The translations under genes were made by a program, and so were the position numbers. A stretch of DNA of 64,000 bases from NCBI GenBank assembly GCA_964270895.1, contig OZ185436.1. One strand, given 5' to 3'. How positions within the stretch are numbered: the first letter of the stretch is position 1; each line of letters begins with the position of its first letter. The DNA is from Podarcis filfolensis. Taxonomy: Eukaryota. Under the pieces are notes generated by a model that was given only the letters and a program-made list of their open reading frames with translations, was not told where the DNA came from and ran no database searches. This document shows, in pieces, positions 24,893-36,748 of this stretch.

Positions 24893-24894
<2 letters not shown>

Positions 24895-25119
24895 AGGAGG
24901 AAAGCATAAAAAGAAACAGATTCCTGAATCTCACAGGTGACAAAGTCATTACATTGTTAACTACCCAAAACTATACTAATAATTCAGGCAACACCAATTA
25001 TTATTATAGGCTGGTTTAAGAGTGTGCAACCAACACTGTTGCCTAAAAGGGAAGGAGAGTTGCTTAGCAAGCTCCCAGAGTGGCTATAAACAATGGCATC
25101 TCCTGGGACACAGGCTTCA

Positions 25120-25655
25120 GAACTATGTACAAAATACCTTCTAGGGGGACAGTGGATATGGTCTTAACTGCTTGACAGTTTCAAGAAAAATGCAGAGAGC
25201 AAAATATATGGCATTTATTGACCTGACTAAGGCCTCAACACTGTAAATTGTACTGCCCTTTTGAAAATTGGCTGCCCAGATAAATTTGTTAACATCCTTT
25301 CGCTCCTCCACGATAATATAACAGCAACAATCACAGATAACAATGGCTCTCAAAGTGAACCATTCACAGTGGGATCAGGCATTAAACAGGGATGTATTAT
25401 CGCCACAACTCTATTTATTATCTTCATATCATGATCCTACACATTGTCGAAGGGAAACTCCCCACTGGGATAGAAATCATATATTGAACAGATGGAAAGC
25501 TCTTTAACTTGAGTAGGCTGAAAGTAAAGAGTAAGGTTACTATAACCTCCGTCACAGAGCTTCAATATGTTGAGGACAACGTAGTGTGCACACACAGAGG
25601 ATGACCTCCAAACCAACCTAAAAGCTTCACAGAAGCTCACGGAAAACTTGACCTA
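25120..25655 (+). mobile_element. Degenerate internal RT fragment of an RTE-clade LINE
   Basis: Nucleotide similarity to the minus-strand RTE at 59365-60704 (ATGGCATTTATTGACCTGACTAAGGCC..AAACAGGGATG..GAGCTTCAATATG); frameshifted. Confidence 0.85.
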
Positions 25656-25820
25656 TTAATTTGAGGCTATTCTATTGAATTTAAGTTACACATTAAAACA
25701 TATCTTACAGGAAGTCCCAGTATTCCTGGTCTGGTGCTTTAGGGTGACAACAGAAATTAAAAGCAGTGCCCCCAACATAAAAATACCATCTTCTGCAGGG
25801 TCTTGTATAACCCTCTAACT

Positions 25821-26041
25821 CAGGGGTCAGCAAACCTTTTCAGCAGGGGGCCTAACTATATTTTTTTGGCGTTGAGGATGAACAAATTCCTATGCCCCAC
25901 AAATAACCCAGAGATGCATTTTAAATAAAAGCACACATTCTACTCATGTAAAAACACGCTGATTCCCAGACCGTCCGCGGGCTGGATTGAGAAGACAATT
26001 GGGCTGCATCCAGCCCCCAGGCCTTAGTTTGCCTACCCATG
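25821..26041 (+). mobile_element. hAT-Charlie-like MITE
   Basis: Ends CAGGGGTCAGCAAACC / TTTGCCTACCCATG; TSD CTCTAACT / ATCTAACT (7/8); second copy at 38507. Confidence 0.88.
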
Positions 26042-27547
26042 ATCTAACTGTTCTGACCCAGAGGTGGGGAAATGTGGATATACACACATTGCCTCCCTTT
26101 TGGCCAAGTGTTCTCAACCAAGAAAATTGTTAATGTTTGCCTATTACAAAACCTCAGTATAAGCAGCCATCTGAAACAGTGAAGCAAGCATAGGGCAACT
26201 CACAATTTATTAAACAGAAGTTGTCACACATTGTTAGAAGGAAAGGTCACCTGCAACATTTTCTTTTCCATTTCCTGTTACAGTAGCAAATCACAGGCAA
26301 AATTGCCTTTAAAAAGCAAGTCACTAACTCACAGCCTAACAAATAATATCTGGCATCTACCACTGAAAAATTGATGGGTCCTAATCAGTTAAGTAAAAAG
26401 ACTGGGCTGCAGAGTTTCCAGTTCTAGTTAGACCCAAGAGAAAGCTTTAAAATATGGTTTTAAATAGCTCAATACTTAAATGGCTGCTGCAGTTCCAGTG
26501 AAGCAGCCATTTGTTGCCTGGTACAAGAGCCATCTTCCTCTTTCAATATGAGCAGGAGGCCCATTAAAATGGGCCAATCAGAAGACAGGGGCTGGGTGAT
26601 GCTGAGACCTGGTGTCAGCCCGGTCCACCCAGTTCTGATAAATTGGTGCAGCACCTTCCCTCGGTGCAGCTCCTTCCCTTGGTGCTGTAATAAGGTCTTC
26701 CCTGCCACGTAGCAAGGTGAGAAGGAGACAGGTGAAGGCAGGTACAGTGTCTGAATGGTGCAGCAAAACTGCTGAAAAGCCTGACCCTAGCAAGGGGGTG
26801 GAGACACAACTTGGACTCCACTTCGGACAACAGAATGTCTCTGCCCAGCACAGTCCTGTAACAACCTCAAGAATCTTGGATTCAATCCAAAATACATGGA
26901 GATGAGCAAACGCTCATTCATATACAGCTCCCACGTATATACGTTTCACCTGCAGTGGCACATTTCCACATGCTGCTGTCAAACTGGATGAGCAAATGGA
27001 GTTGAGGAACAGCACCACAGAGTCAAAATAAACAAGTTGAGAGATACTTGGCAATGTAGGGAATTAGGCACAATGGCATACTGATACATGTAAATTGCCC
27101 AAGGCAATTTCCCAAACCTGGAGCCACCCTGTCCAAAGGAGATATTCTGAAAATCAAAATTAAATGGGCTACATCTACTCTGGTGGGCCTGTTCCTCTGC
27201 CAGTAGGCACTAGCAGGCTTACCTAGCTACAGTGGCAGTGCTCTAAGCAACACTGAGCAGCTGGGTCTAGCTACCCTTTTTAATTTCCCCCACGGCCCCT
27301 GAGCAATGCTATGTTGAGGACATTGTGCGGAAATTAGAAGGATGGCGCAATTCAGTCACCAGCCCCTCCTCAGAACTAAGGGCCAGAAAAAATAAAATAT
27401 GGGGAGCACAATCCAGGCATCAGTTATGGGCCCTGGCAGCTGCCCAGGAGATCAAGTTACACAAAGCACACATTAATATGCAGCTCCATGGTAGGTTCAA
27501 TGTTATCACTATTCAAAAATGGCACATATCTGTAGCTACAAATTGGA

Positions 27548-27551
<4 letters not shown>

Positions 27552-27604
<53 letters not shown>
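27552..27604. repeat. (TC)n microsatellite
   Basis: About 26 perfect dinucleotide units. Confidence 0.97.
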
Positions 27605-27606
<2 letters not shown>

Positions 27607-27891
27607 AAGACTGTTTCAGAGAACATTATTGAGATAGGATATTGCAACAGCTTAAAACTAGTACTTCCAGAAGAGATCAACTACAGAAATACTTTTCCTC
27701 TTGAAAATGACACACCCAGCCAGCTTTTCAATCACCACCTGTCTATTGGAGAGCCTCCTTTTCCAAAAAGCCACATCCCATGGGCAGGAAGGGATGTTTT
27801 CATTGTCTTGTGAGAGAAGAGTCTATTTGTGAATCCTGTCAACATCAGGAATGTAGGTGCAGGTCATAACCATTGCAGCCTCTGCTAACAC

Positions 27892-28130
27892 TAGGGTTGC
27901 CATATTTCAAGAAGTAAATTTCCTGACACCCACAGCAAAGTTTAGCTTTTTTAAGGAAACCACCAAAATTGGGAAACCTAACCCCAAAAAGTGATTTTAA
28001 GCTTTTTGAGCTGTTTCCATTGCGTTTCCATACATCCGGGTTTCCCCGATTCAGCAAAATCCCCCCGCCGCCATTTTTAAACCTGAAAACCAGGACATGT
28101 CAGTAATTTTCCTGACGTATGGCAAGCCTA
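27892..28130. mobile_element. hAT MITE
   Basis: TIRs TAGGGTTGCCATA / TATGGCAAGCCTA; perfect 8-bp TSD GCTAACAC. Confidence 0.92.
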
Positions 28131-28311
28131 GCTAACACACACTACTCAACCCAGTGCCACACTGTTGTAAAATGGCTGTTCAAGTTGTAAAACATGGGCT
28201 ATGGTACCAAATATGAAAAATCTGGCCTGTAAGCAATTAAGGCCTTCAACAATGTCATGATATGGGTCTGCTCACCCAAGACATGTGATGCACAATCAGC
28301 CATGGAGGTAA

Positions 28312-28470
28312 AGGCCATGGCAGAGCAGATGCTTTGCATGCAGAAAGCCCCATGTTCACAACATCTCTGGACAGGGCTGAGAAGTCCCTGTCTGAAAGCT
28401 GAAGAGCCACTGTAATGTAAACACTATCGTAGATAGACCAATAGCCTGACTTTGTATAATGCAGCTTTCT
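28312..28470 (+). mobile_element. Degenerate squamate tRNA-derived SINE (Squam-type)
   Basis: CAGAGCAGATGCTTTGCATGCAGAA..CAGGGCTG..AGAGCCACTG..GACCAATAGCCTGAC..TATAATGCAGCTT. Confidence 0.7.
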
Positions 28471-28619
28471 TCTTTCCTTTGATTATTCCCAGGTACATCT
28501 TCCAATGGAAAACATATTATGTGAACCATATATACACCGAAACAGACAGCATACTACCATCAGCAACTATGACCACAATAGCTTTATGGTGATTTATCTG
28601 CTAGTACACATGCCCAGAA

Positions 28620-28939
28620 GAAGATCAAACCTATCCATTCTTAAGGAAATCAGCCCTGAGTACTCACTGGAAGGACAGATCGTGAAGCTGAGGCTCCAAT
28701 ACTTTGGCCACCTCATGAGAAGAGAAGACTCCCTGGAAAAGACCCTGATGTTGGGAAAGATTGAGGGCACAAGGAGAAGGGGACGACAGAGGACGAGATG
28801 GTTGGACAATGTTCTTGAAGCTACCAGCATGAGTTTGACCAAACTGCGGGAGGAAGTGGAAGACAGGAGCGCCTGGCATGCTCTGGTCCATGGGGTCACG
28901 AAGAGTCGGACACGACTAAACGACTAAACAACAACAACA
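28620..28939 (+). mobile_element. 5'-truncated BovB (RTE clade) LINE 3' end
   Basis: SILKEISPEYSLEGQIVKLRLQYFGHLMRREDSLEKTLMLGKIEG..HGVTKSRTRLND, (CAA)n tail, perfect 14-bp TSD ACACATGCCCAGAA (28606-28619, 28940-28953). Confidence 0.95.
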
Positions 28940-30224
28940 ACACATGCCCAGAAATGGTTGGCAGCATACACCCTGGCGCTCCTTGCAATCCTATCCCTGC
29001 CCTAAGTCTCTGGTCACAGATGAACCTATTCCCATATTTCAGAGTGTCTACAGCTGTGTTTTGCAGTACACAGGAGGTGTGTCTGCCCTTTGCATAGACA
29101 CCATGCATCCTGCCCTACCCTTCATGCATAACACATACCCTGTGACAGAGGATTAGTATATCCAAGGACAAGGAGGTCAGAAAGAGCTACTCCAAATTAC
29201 ACAAGTAAGTGCCAGTTGCAAATGTGGCACCAAGGTCTCTAAACTACCTTGCAGATTACAAGTGCTACATAAGCGATAAATATAGCAGCAGCGCTAAGTG
29301 TGTGCCTTGGAAGCAGAAGAAACGCTTGGGTTCCATTTATCAGCTGGCAACAATGCAAGTGTATCCACAAAGCCCTAATGCTGTTTGATCAGTTACCTAC
29401 CAGCCAACTATATGAGAAGCACAAAAAGCAATGTGTAATCCAATTCAAAATAAGCAGCTCAGCCCACCAAAGCAAACAGAAATTAGCCACAAGTATGGAT
29501 ACCTGCACATAGCCACCTCTCTTGCTTACTTTACATCCACCCTCAAGTCCCTATTTTCAATTCCCTGCTGCAACCAATTCCTTAAGCAAGCCTAAGCACC
29601 CGTAACTGAAACCACACATTTTCCCCCTTTGTACTCCACCCTTCTCTTTCCTCTGTTGTTTCCCTTGTATCCAAAATTTTCGATTGTAAGCTCCTTAGGG
29701 CAGGAAACTGTCCTTTTTTATTTGCAAACAGAGGTGGCTTTAGGGCAGCACAACCAGTCCCAATGCAGTGGGTGCATAGTCTAGGGGATGCCACAGGATG
29801 TCAGAACTATGATGTCTTGAATTCAGCAGAATGGGATGCTAGAGGCGGCAGGGCGGGCGAATTTGGGTCTCACAAGTCTGCCCCTGCTGTAAAGCATCAA
29901 GCACCCTGATGCTGCTCTATAAATAATAGGAGGAGGATGACTGGACCAGAACTAAAATCATGCAGTGCAAAAAGAGCTACCCTGAAACTCTCACATGCTT
30001 TGGCTCAATTGTGCCCAACTAACCTAAAAGCTACTCAGAGCTAATCACAGGGCCACATCAACTCTCCAAGCACAGCTGACAAGATCAAATTTGCACATCA
30101 CATCCTGCTGCATGCAGCTTGGTTTCTTGTCTTTTACTGGGAATAGAACCTGCAATTTGCCACAAGCCTGCTTACTTGGGGTTAGTAACAAACTGCACTT
30201 GAACAAGCACCCAAGTGCATTCTA

Positions 30225-30343
30225 CAGCGGTGGGTTTAGAGGAGCACAATTAGTTCAGCTGAATTGGGCACAGAGCCTTGGGGTGCCGAATTTTGGCACT
30301 GCACAGGGCACTGCTGAGATGTGAGACCCCAAGGTCTGCCACT
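30225..30343. mobile_element. Small hAT-like MITE
   Basis: Ends CAGCGGTGG / TCTGCCACT with 8-bp TSD GCATTCTA (30217-30224, 30344-30351). Confidence 0.7.
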
Positions 30344-31873
30344 GCATTCTAGAGCAGTCAAGAAGTGTGTGTGTGTCCTACTATATGAAACAACAGTGAA
30401 GTAGAACTTGGGAGAAGTCAGGAAACAGTGGTGCTTTGGGAGGCTAGAAAGGAAAGGAGAAAGATACTGAGGGCACCACCAGATTATAACAATTTTGGGA
30501 TGAGATTTAATCACATAAAAGCAAATTCAGAATGCACAATTATAATTGATTGGGAGGTGTTGCATTACAAACCCCCTTCTCCACCTGATGGGGCTTTTTG
30601 CAATAAGGAGAGTGATGAGAAAATACATTACAAAGTGTGGGGTGGCACTTGCTTTAACACCACATGATCAAACCTCCCCTTTCCAACGCCAAACAAATAA
30701 GAATAAATGCTCATTAAATAGCCAATGTCATCTACAGTAATCTCCCTACAAACAAATCAGGATGAATGCTCAATAAATAGGTCATCTGGAAGAGCCTTGG
30801 GACAATGGGATGTTTGTGAGGGACAAGATATTGTCCTCATTCCCGGAGGGTCACAATGTTCCTTTTTAACTTCCTGGCACACCCTCTGCTTTATCTGTTC
30901 TAATTTATAAGGGATGAAGTAAATTCAAGCCACCTCCTCAGTTGTATCATTTACTTACACTCAAATGAGGATGTTTTCTCCTCTAGACTGCTCAGTGCTG
31001 GGATAAGACTCCCCACTGTGGGCATAAAGCTGCCCAGTGTTGGGATAATAATGCTGAAAAGGCTCAATATACAGCTGACCTTATTATTTTAATAATATTT
31101 TTATTTTTAACCAGAAAACAATACATTAATTATAGAAATGTTAAGTGCTATTTTGTGCAAATTATTCCATACGCAGGGCTTTTTATATAATGTTCTTCAT
31201 TTGCTTTGCTTTGCTTTTCAGATTGAGGAACTAAGAAGTTTGTGGTGGTTTTGAAATCCATCATTTATCCCTTTCAGGAAAATGGAGCAATGCATGTCTG
31301 CACATACAATAATATAAGAATGTCATCACACTGTAATTTGCTTGGCCACAGACAGGTAGCACTGAAAAGTACAGAATCATGAGAAGCAGTGGGTGCGTGG
31401 CCCAGGCAAGCCACAGAAGAACAGTCAAAACAAGCTGCAGCTGCCACCTCAGTTTTGCTGGCTCCTCTGCCTGCCAAACCCTACCTCCGGGATCCAGATC
31501 CACAGGCTGGCCGATGCCACTACCGGCCACCATTGCTCTCCCTGTACAGCTTGAGGATTCACTGCTTCTGCCACCACCCAACCAATTATGATTAAAGGTT
31601 GGTCTGGCAGGAGCAGCAGCTCCGGAATAAGCAAGGTGACTAGAAGTGGCACCAACTGGCTGGATAATCTGCTGCTGTAACTGCCACTCACAAGGCTGGC
31701 CAGCAGTCACTTGATGTTGGATATGGGTACAAGCATACATGCAACTTCCTGCATAGGTATTAACTGCTTTTTGGCACATTTCAGCATGAAGAAGCCCAGT
31801 TATAAGGCAGGATGCTTTCCTCTAGGTTCCTATGGTCATTTGGATTGTTGTGAATACCTGCAGGTAACAGATA

Positions 31874-32233
31874 CCGTATTGGCCTGAATATAAGCCTCAC
31901 TTTTCCCCCAAATTCCGACTGTGAAAAATTAAAGTGTGGTTTATATTCGCGACCTTACGGTATGCAGACAGGAGCGTGGGGCAAACAGCGCCAGGAGAAC
32001 GGCAAAGTGGTGGCCACCCCATGTGTTGTCCCCCGTCCTCTCCCCCAAGGCCAGAAAGGGAGGGAGAGAAGAAGGGGCAAGGTTGGCGGCAACACAGCAC
32101 AGCTTCCCCCCTGCCCCAGTATGTAGCCAGGAGCAGCAGGGAATGGAGTGGCTTATATTGGGGTATTTTTTCCTTTTTTCCCTTCCCCCTCCCTCCAATT
32201 TTAAAGGTGCGGCTTATATTCGGGTCAATATGG
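31874..32233. mobile_element. Tc2-like MITE with an internal second right end (31945-31960)
   Basis: Left TIR CCGTATTGGCCTGAATATAAG; outer right TIR CTTATATTCGGGTCAATATGG; TA both sides; inner TTATATTCGCGACCTTACGG-TA. Confidence 0.8.
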
Positions 32234-33004
32234 TATACCTGTCTAGCACCAGGCATGCAGCATACCTCTCCTAGCATTTCCAAGAGGGCAGTAAAAGTAA
32301 TTCACCCCAAATTTAGAGAAGCTAAAATACTGTATTTTATTAGGACACATGGAGTTAGTGATTAAATTCAGTCTCATGATTTTGAAGTATGTATTATGGA
32401 CACTATTTTAGTAATCATTAGGATTTCCAGCCCATTTTACATTTTATGAAATGCCTTGTTGCCAGCCCGTAGAATAAATGAAGAACCAACATGCCAGCAG
32501 GGCACTCATTGTCCTGCCAGCTACTCAGGTTTCCCTTAAAACTGACAGCTGGAGGAAGGTGGGTGGCAGCTCTGCCAGCAGTTTCCAGTAGCCCTTCCAG
32601 TTGCTGTTTAAAACTCTGAAAGAAGCTGATTGGTGGCAGAGAAGGTGAGGCAATGCTTCCTAGAAGCCTAGCCAAGTCTGAGCTGGTCACTAAACTGGAA
32701 AAAGTCAGATCGGAATGGAATCAATTCACTTTCAAACCTGATAGCATTGCTTCAAATCTCCCTGAAAAGTTGCCAGAGAGGCACATGAACAAGGAGGAAG
32801 GGAAGAAAGCACCTAAAAGTCACTACAGTTTGTCCCTTCATACAAATCCATTAAGCAGCACCAATGGGGGGGGGGAGGGGGGAGGGAGATTAAGGGAGCT
32901 CTACCTCTCATTCAGTACAAGGGATAAAATTCCAGTTGATAGCATTGTTGAAGCTACAGCACTGATGGCAAGGAACACCACTCAATATCAGAGCACATGT
33001 TTTG

Positions 33005-33350
33005 CCTGCTGATAGCCACTGATAGCCTTATTCTCCAAGAGTTTGTCTAATTCCCCTTTTAAGCCATCCAAGTTGGTGAGCATTGCTTTCTCTTATGGGA
33101 GCAAATTCCATAACTTATGTGCTCTGTATCATGGGCATAGCTAGGGGGGTGGGCAGCTGCCCCCCACACACATAAAACCTGGCTATGTATAGCCCATGCT
33201 ATGTATAGTAGTACTTTTCTTTTGTCTGTCCTGATTTTCCAACATTCAGCTTCATTGGATGTCTCCAAGTTCTGAGTAAGGGATAAAAAAAAATCTCTCT
33301 CCATTTTTCTCTCCAACGTGTAAATTTTATATACTTCTATAATGTTCTCT
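33005..33350 (-). mobile_element. CR1 LINE fragment interrupted by a 69-bp MITE
   Basis: GATAGCCACTGATAGCC..TTTAAGCCATCCAAGTTGGT..CCAACATTCAGCTTCATTGG; same family as 11944. Confidence 0.75.
33130..33198. mobile_element. 69-bp hAT MITE
   Basis: Ends CATGGGCATAGCTAGG / CCTGGCTATG..GCCCATG; TSD CTCTGTAT / CTATGTAT (7/8). Confidence 0.7.
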
Positions 33351-33559
33351 CTTACTTCTTTCCAAACTACCTCTTTACTTACAAGAGGTCCAGAGGTGGC
33401 TGTCAGCCTCCTCCTGACTCTCACTGTTGCCTTTGTAGAACTCATCTGTGAAATAGATGGAAGAAAAAACAGAATTAATTAGTTCTTCCAACCATTTGCT
33501 CCAGCCCCTTCTACTGATGTCCTCCCTCCCTCCCAGTCCCAATTGACACCAGTCTCCAC

Positions 33560-33692
33560 TGCCCTGGATTCTCCAGGTAGCAGGGCTGGGAAAGGTCTCT
33601 GCCCAAGACATTAAAGAAATGTTGCCAGACAGTTTATACAGCACTAAATGGATGGATGCTATAACTCAGTATAAGGCAGCTTCATATGTTAT
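33560..33692 (+). mobile_element. Squam-type SINE 3' part
   Basis: TCTCCAGGTAGCAGGGCTGGGAAAG..ACTCAGTATAAGGCAGCTTCATATGTT. Confidence 0.6.
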
Positions 33693-33760
33693 AAACGAAG
33701 CAGATCAGTTTTTTATGGCAGACCACTGGGAGCTCCTTGTAAGCTCCATATAGTAAGTAT

Positions 33761-34075
33761 GGGATGCAAGTGGTGCTGTGGTCTAAACCTCAGAGCCTCT
33801 TGGGCTTTCTGCCAACCTAGCAATTCAAAAGCACACCAATGCAAGTAAATAAATAGGTACTGCTGCAGCAGGAAGGTAAACAGCATTTCTGTGTGCTCTG
33901 GCTTCCGTCATGGTGTTTCGTTATGGCAGAAGCGGTTTAGTCATGCTGGCCACGTGACCCAGAATGCTGTCTGTGGACAAATGCTGGCTCCCTCGGCCTG
34001 AAGTGATATGAGCACCGCACCCCATAGTCACCTTTGACTGGATTAACCGCCCAGGGGTCCTTTACCTTTTACCTT
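33761..34075 (+). mobile_element. Sauria SINE (older, internally deleted)
   Basis: GGGATGC..GTGGTGCTGTGGTCTAAAC head, body as at 8628, CCTTTACCTTTTACCTT tail. Confidence 0.88.
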
Positions 34076-34334
34076 GTAAGCACCTCTGAACTTTCCAAGA
34101 AAGAAAAGGATTAGCATGATAAATAAATTTTGTAATGGCTTTCGCTGCACAAATACCACAAAGAACAAATAACAACCTAAATAAACTCATTCTGTGGGAC
34201 AAAATGCAAAACAAATTTAGTTAAATCAACATACTTGTGGTTCTCAGGCAGGCACTTACCCAAACACTGAGCATACGAAGATGGGCTCAGCTTCAGCAAG
34301 ATGAGGAGCTTTTGCCACAATGGGCAACAGATTC

Positions 34335-34404
34335 TTACATTGCAGGGGGTTGGACTAGATGACCCTTGTGGTTCTTTCCAACTCTACAAATCTACGATTC
34401 TATG
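34335..34404 (+). mobile_element. CR1 extreme 3' end
   Basis: TTGCAGGGGGTTGGACTAGATGACC..TTCCAACTCTA..GATTCTATG. Confidence 0.75.
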
Positions 34405-35384
34405 TGTCACCTTCAGACGATACCCTAGCTCAGGTGGTAAACCTCTGGCATGAGTCCCAGCTCAGCCCACAAAGCTGTTTCCCTCAAACCACACACCCCT
34501 GCCCTACACCTGACATCAGGTGAGGGACAGGTAGAGATGCAGCTGCTAATGCAAAATTGGGAGCCTGAAAGTATGCTGCCAATTGTGCACTGGCAAGGGA
34601 GGCTTGTTGTCACTTCCAGTAAGCTGACTGGCAGTGAGAGCAAGCCAGCTGGGATTGGTTACCAAGTTCTGTATGGGACGCTCATTGGTGCAGCTGTCCC
34701 CTGCAGAAAGCAGAGCCTGAAGTCAGTGCTGGTCAGCTTGATTGGTGATGGTAACTTCAAGCCTTGCTTGGATTGTTTTTTTCTTGAAAAATAGGTGCTG
34801 GTGTCCTAGTGACATCAGGTAATTGACAGGTCGGTGGCTTTGCAAAGCCACAGCTGTGTTGACAACACCAACTTGCAAATGCTTTAAAGGTAGCGTTTAA
34901 AGGGTATTTGTCTTAAAGAACTTAGATCTGGAACTGGAAATCATACATTGCTGGATTTCAACTCCCCTCAGCCCTAAATAATATGGCCAATGGTCATGGA
35001 TGATTACCATGAAGCAAAACAAACCTGTTTTGACTTGTATGTAAAGAGCTGAAAATTTGAGTATTTCTTGATGATAATTATTTGAATATGAGCTGGACAC
35101 CATTTTATACTGCACATGTTGTAAATATGTCCTTGAGTGTTTTGCTAGGTTCTGTGTTTAGGGTATCTGTTTTGGCCACAGGGCATAAAACAAGTAAACC
35201 ATTTTCACTATCTTCATTGGGGACCTATTGCATCTTTCTATAAAACAAAAATATTACTTTTTAGTTGAAGGGTGTATATACTAATTTAACCCTCTATTTA
35301 AAAACAAATATGTAACTATATTAAAATGGGACTGTAGTGCAATAAAATTATGTTAGAATAACTCTGCTTAGTGCTATTTTATTA

Positions 35385-36068
35385 TTATTATTGAGGGGAA
35401 GTGCATGGAACAAGTCTTGGTGTTTCGATTTCTAGGAATGGAGTTGAGAGACGACCTAACCTGGGGAGAGAACAGCAAAGACCTGGTGAAGAGAGCACAG
35501 CAGAGGTTATATTTTCTGAGAATCCTCCGGAAAAACAATCTCTCAAAGGACCTGTTGATGGCATTTTACCATTGCACTGTGGAGAGCGTACTAACTTATG
35601 GTCTGTGTGTGTGGTTTGGGAGCTGCACGGCCAGGGAAAAAACAATGCTATCCAGGGTTGTAAAGACTGCAGAGAGAATTATTGGGTGCACTCTTCCCAC
35701 CTTAGATCAAATCTATGCTGCCAGGTGCCATAAGAAAGCGGTAGAGATAGCACATGATAGTACGCACCCCGGAAATCATTTCTTTCAGCTTCTGCCTTCT
35801 GGAAAAAGGTATAGGGTTATAAAGGCCAGGACTAACCGCCTGAGAAACACTTTCTACGCTAATGAAATTCTGGTTCTAAACGCAGCATAAGGGGTCTCTG
35901 TAGTATAGTGTATTTTAAAATGGGGTTTTAGAGTTTTTAGGCGTTTTTGAATGTGTTATGTAGTTTTGTAGTAGTTTTATGTAGTTTTGTGGTAGTTTTA
36001 TGTAGTTTTTCAATTTCATTGTTCCGCAAGGGACAATGACAATAAAGATATCGTAATCGTAATTGTAA
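35385..36068 (+). mobile_element. 5'-truncated Rex1/Babar-clade LINE (intact C-terminal ORF 35405-35890)
   Basis: FRFLGMELRDDLTW..KRAQQRLYFLRILRK..FYHCTVESVLTYGLCVWFGSCT..RVVKTAERIIG..HPGNHFFQLLPSGKRYR..RTNRLRNTFY matches recalled Rex1 ORF motifs; 3' stem-loop, AATAAA at 36041 and (TCGTAA)n tail. Confidence 0.88.
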
Positions 36069-36162
36069 TTTTTTCTAGAAAAAGAGGTGCCGGACCTCAC
36101 CATGAATGCCTGAGAGGTGCTAGAACTGAGTTCTGATGAGTTCCAGCTGAAAAAAAGGCCTG
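36069..36162 (-). mobile_element. Short lizard MITE (hAT-like)
   Basis: TTTTTCTAGAAAAAGAGGTGCCGGA..GAGGTGCTAGAACTGAGTTC..GAGTTCCAGCTGAAAAAAAGGCC with internal direct repeats. Confidence 0.6.
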
Positions 36163-36184
36163 ACTTTGAGTACCTATAAGACAC

Positions 36185-36363
36185 GCAACGGCATTTCCGT
36201 ATACTGCTCTGGTTCGCCAGAAGCGGCTTAGTCATTCTGGCCACATGACCCGGAAGCTATTCTGCAGACAAACGCTGGCTCCCTCGGCCTATAGAGCAAG
36301 ATGAGCGCCACAACCCCAGAGTTGTCCGTGACTGGACCTAACCGTCAGGGGTACCTTTACCTT
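36185..36363 (+). mobile_element. 5'-truncated Sauria SINE
   Basis: 3' half of the Sauria body, ACCTTT tail, 8-bp TSD TAAGACAC (36177-36184, 36364-36371). Confidence 0.9.
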
Positions 36364-36599
36364 TAAGACACTTTATTAATTTAGGTCCATGTAGCCAATC
36401 TTGCTTTTTTATAATGTCTGATGCACATTCCTGCAACTATCATTACCCTATAGAAAGACTTACGAGTCATCACTGAACCAAAGGCTAGTTTGATTTAGCT
36501 AATTTTAGATGCTCTAAATGTGGTTGCATTAAAAAAAAATATTTTCTCGCCTTGGGCAACTAATTTTGCCTTGAAGTGCAGCTGTAGTAATTCTACCGC

Positions 36600-36705
36600 T
36601 TTAATGTATTTAAATGTTTTAATGTATTTTTAATATTTTGTTGGAAGCCGCCCAGGGTGGCTGGGGAAACTCAACCAGATGGGCGGGGTATAAATAAATA
36701 CATCA

Positions 36706-36748
<43 letters not shown>
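36600..36748 (+). mobile_element. L2 3' end with (CAT)/(ATT)n tail
   Basis: GGAAGCCGCCCAGGGTGGCTGGGGAAACTCAACCAGATGGGCGGGGTATAAAT. Confidence 0.85.

Noticed and set aside
36133-36152. Second hammerhead-like string CTGATGAG...CTGAAA
   Set aside because: No stem II closing pair and no stem I or III complementarity; it lies within a MITE.
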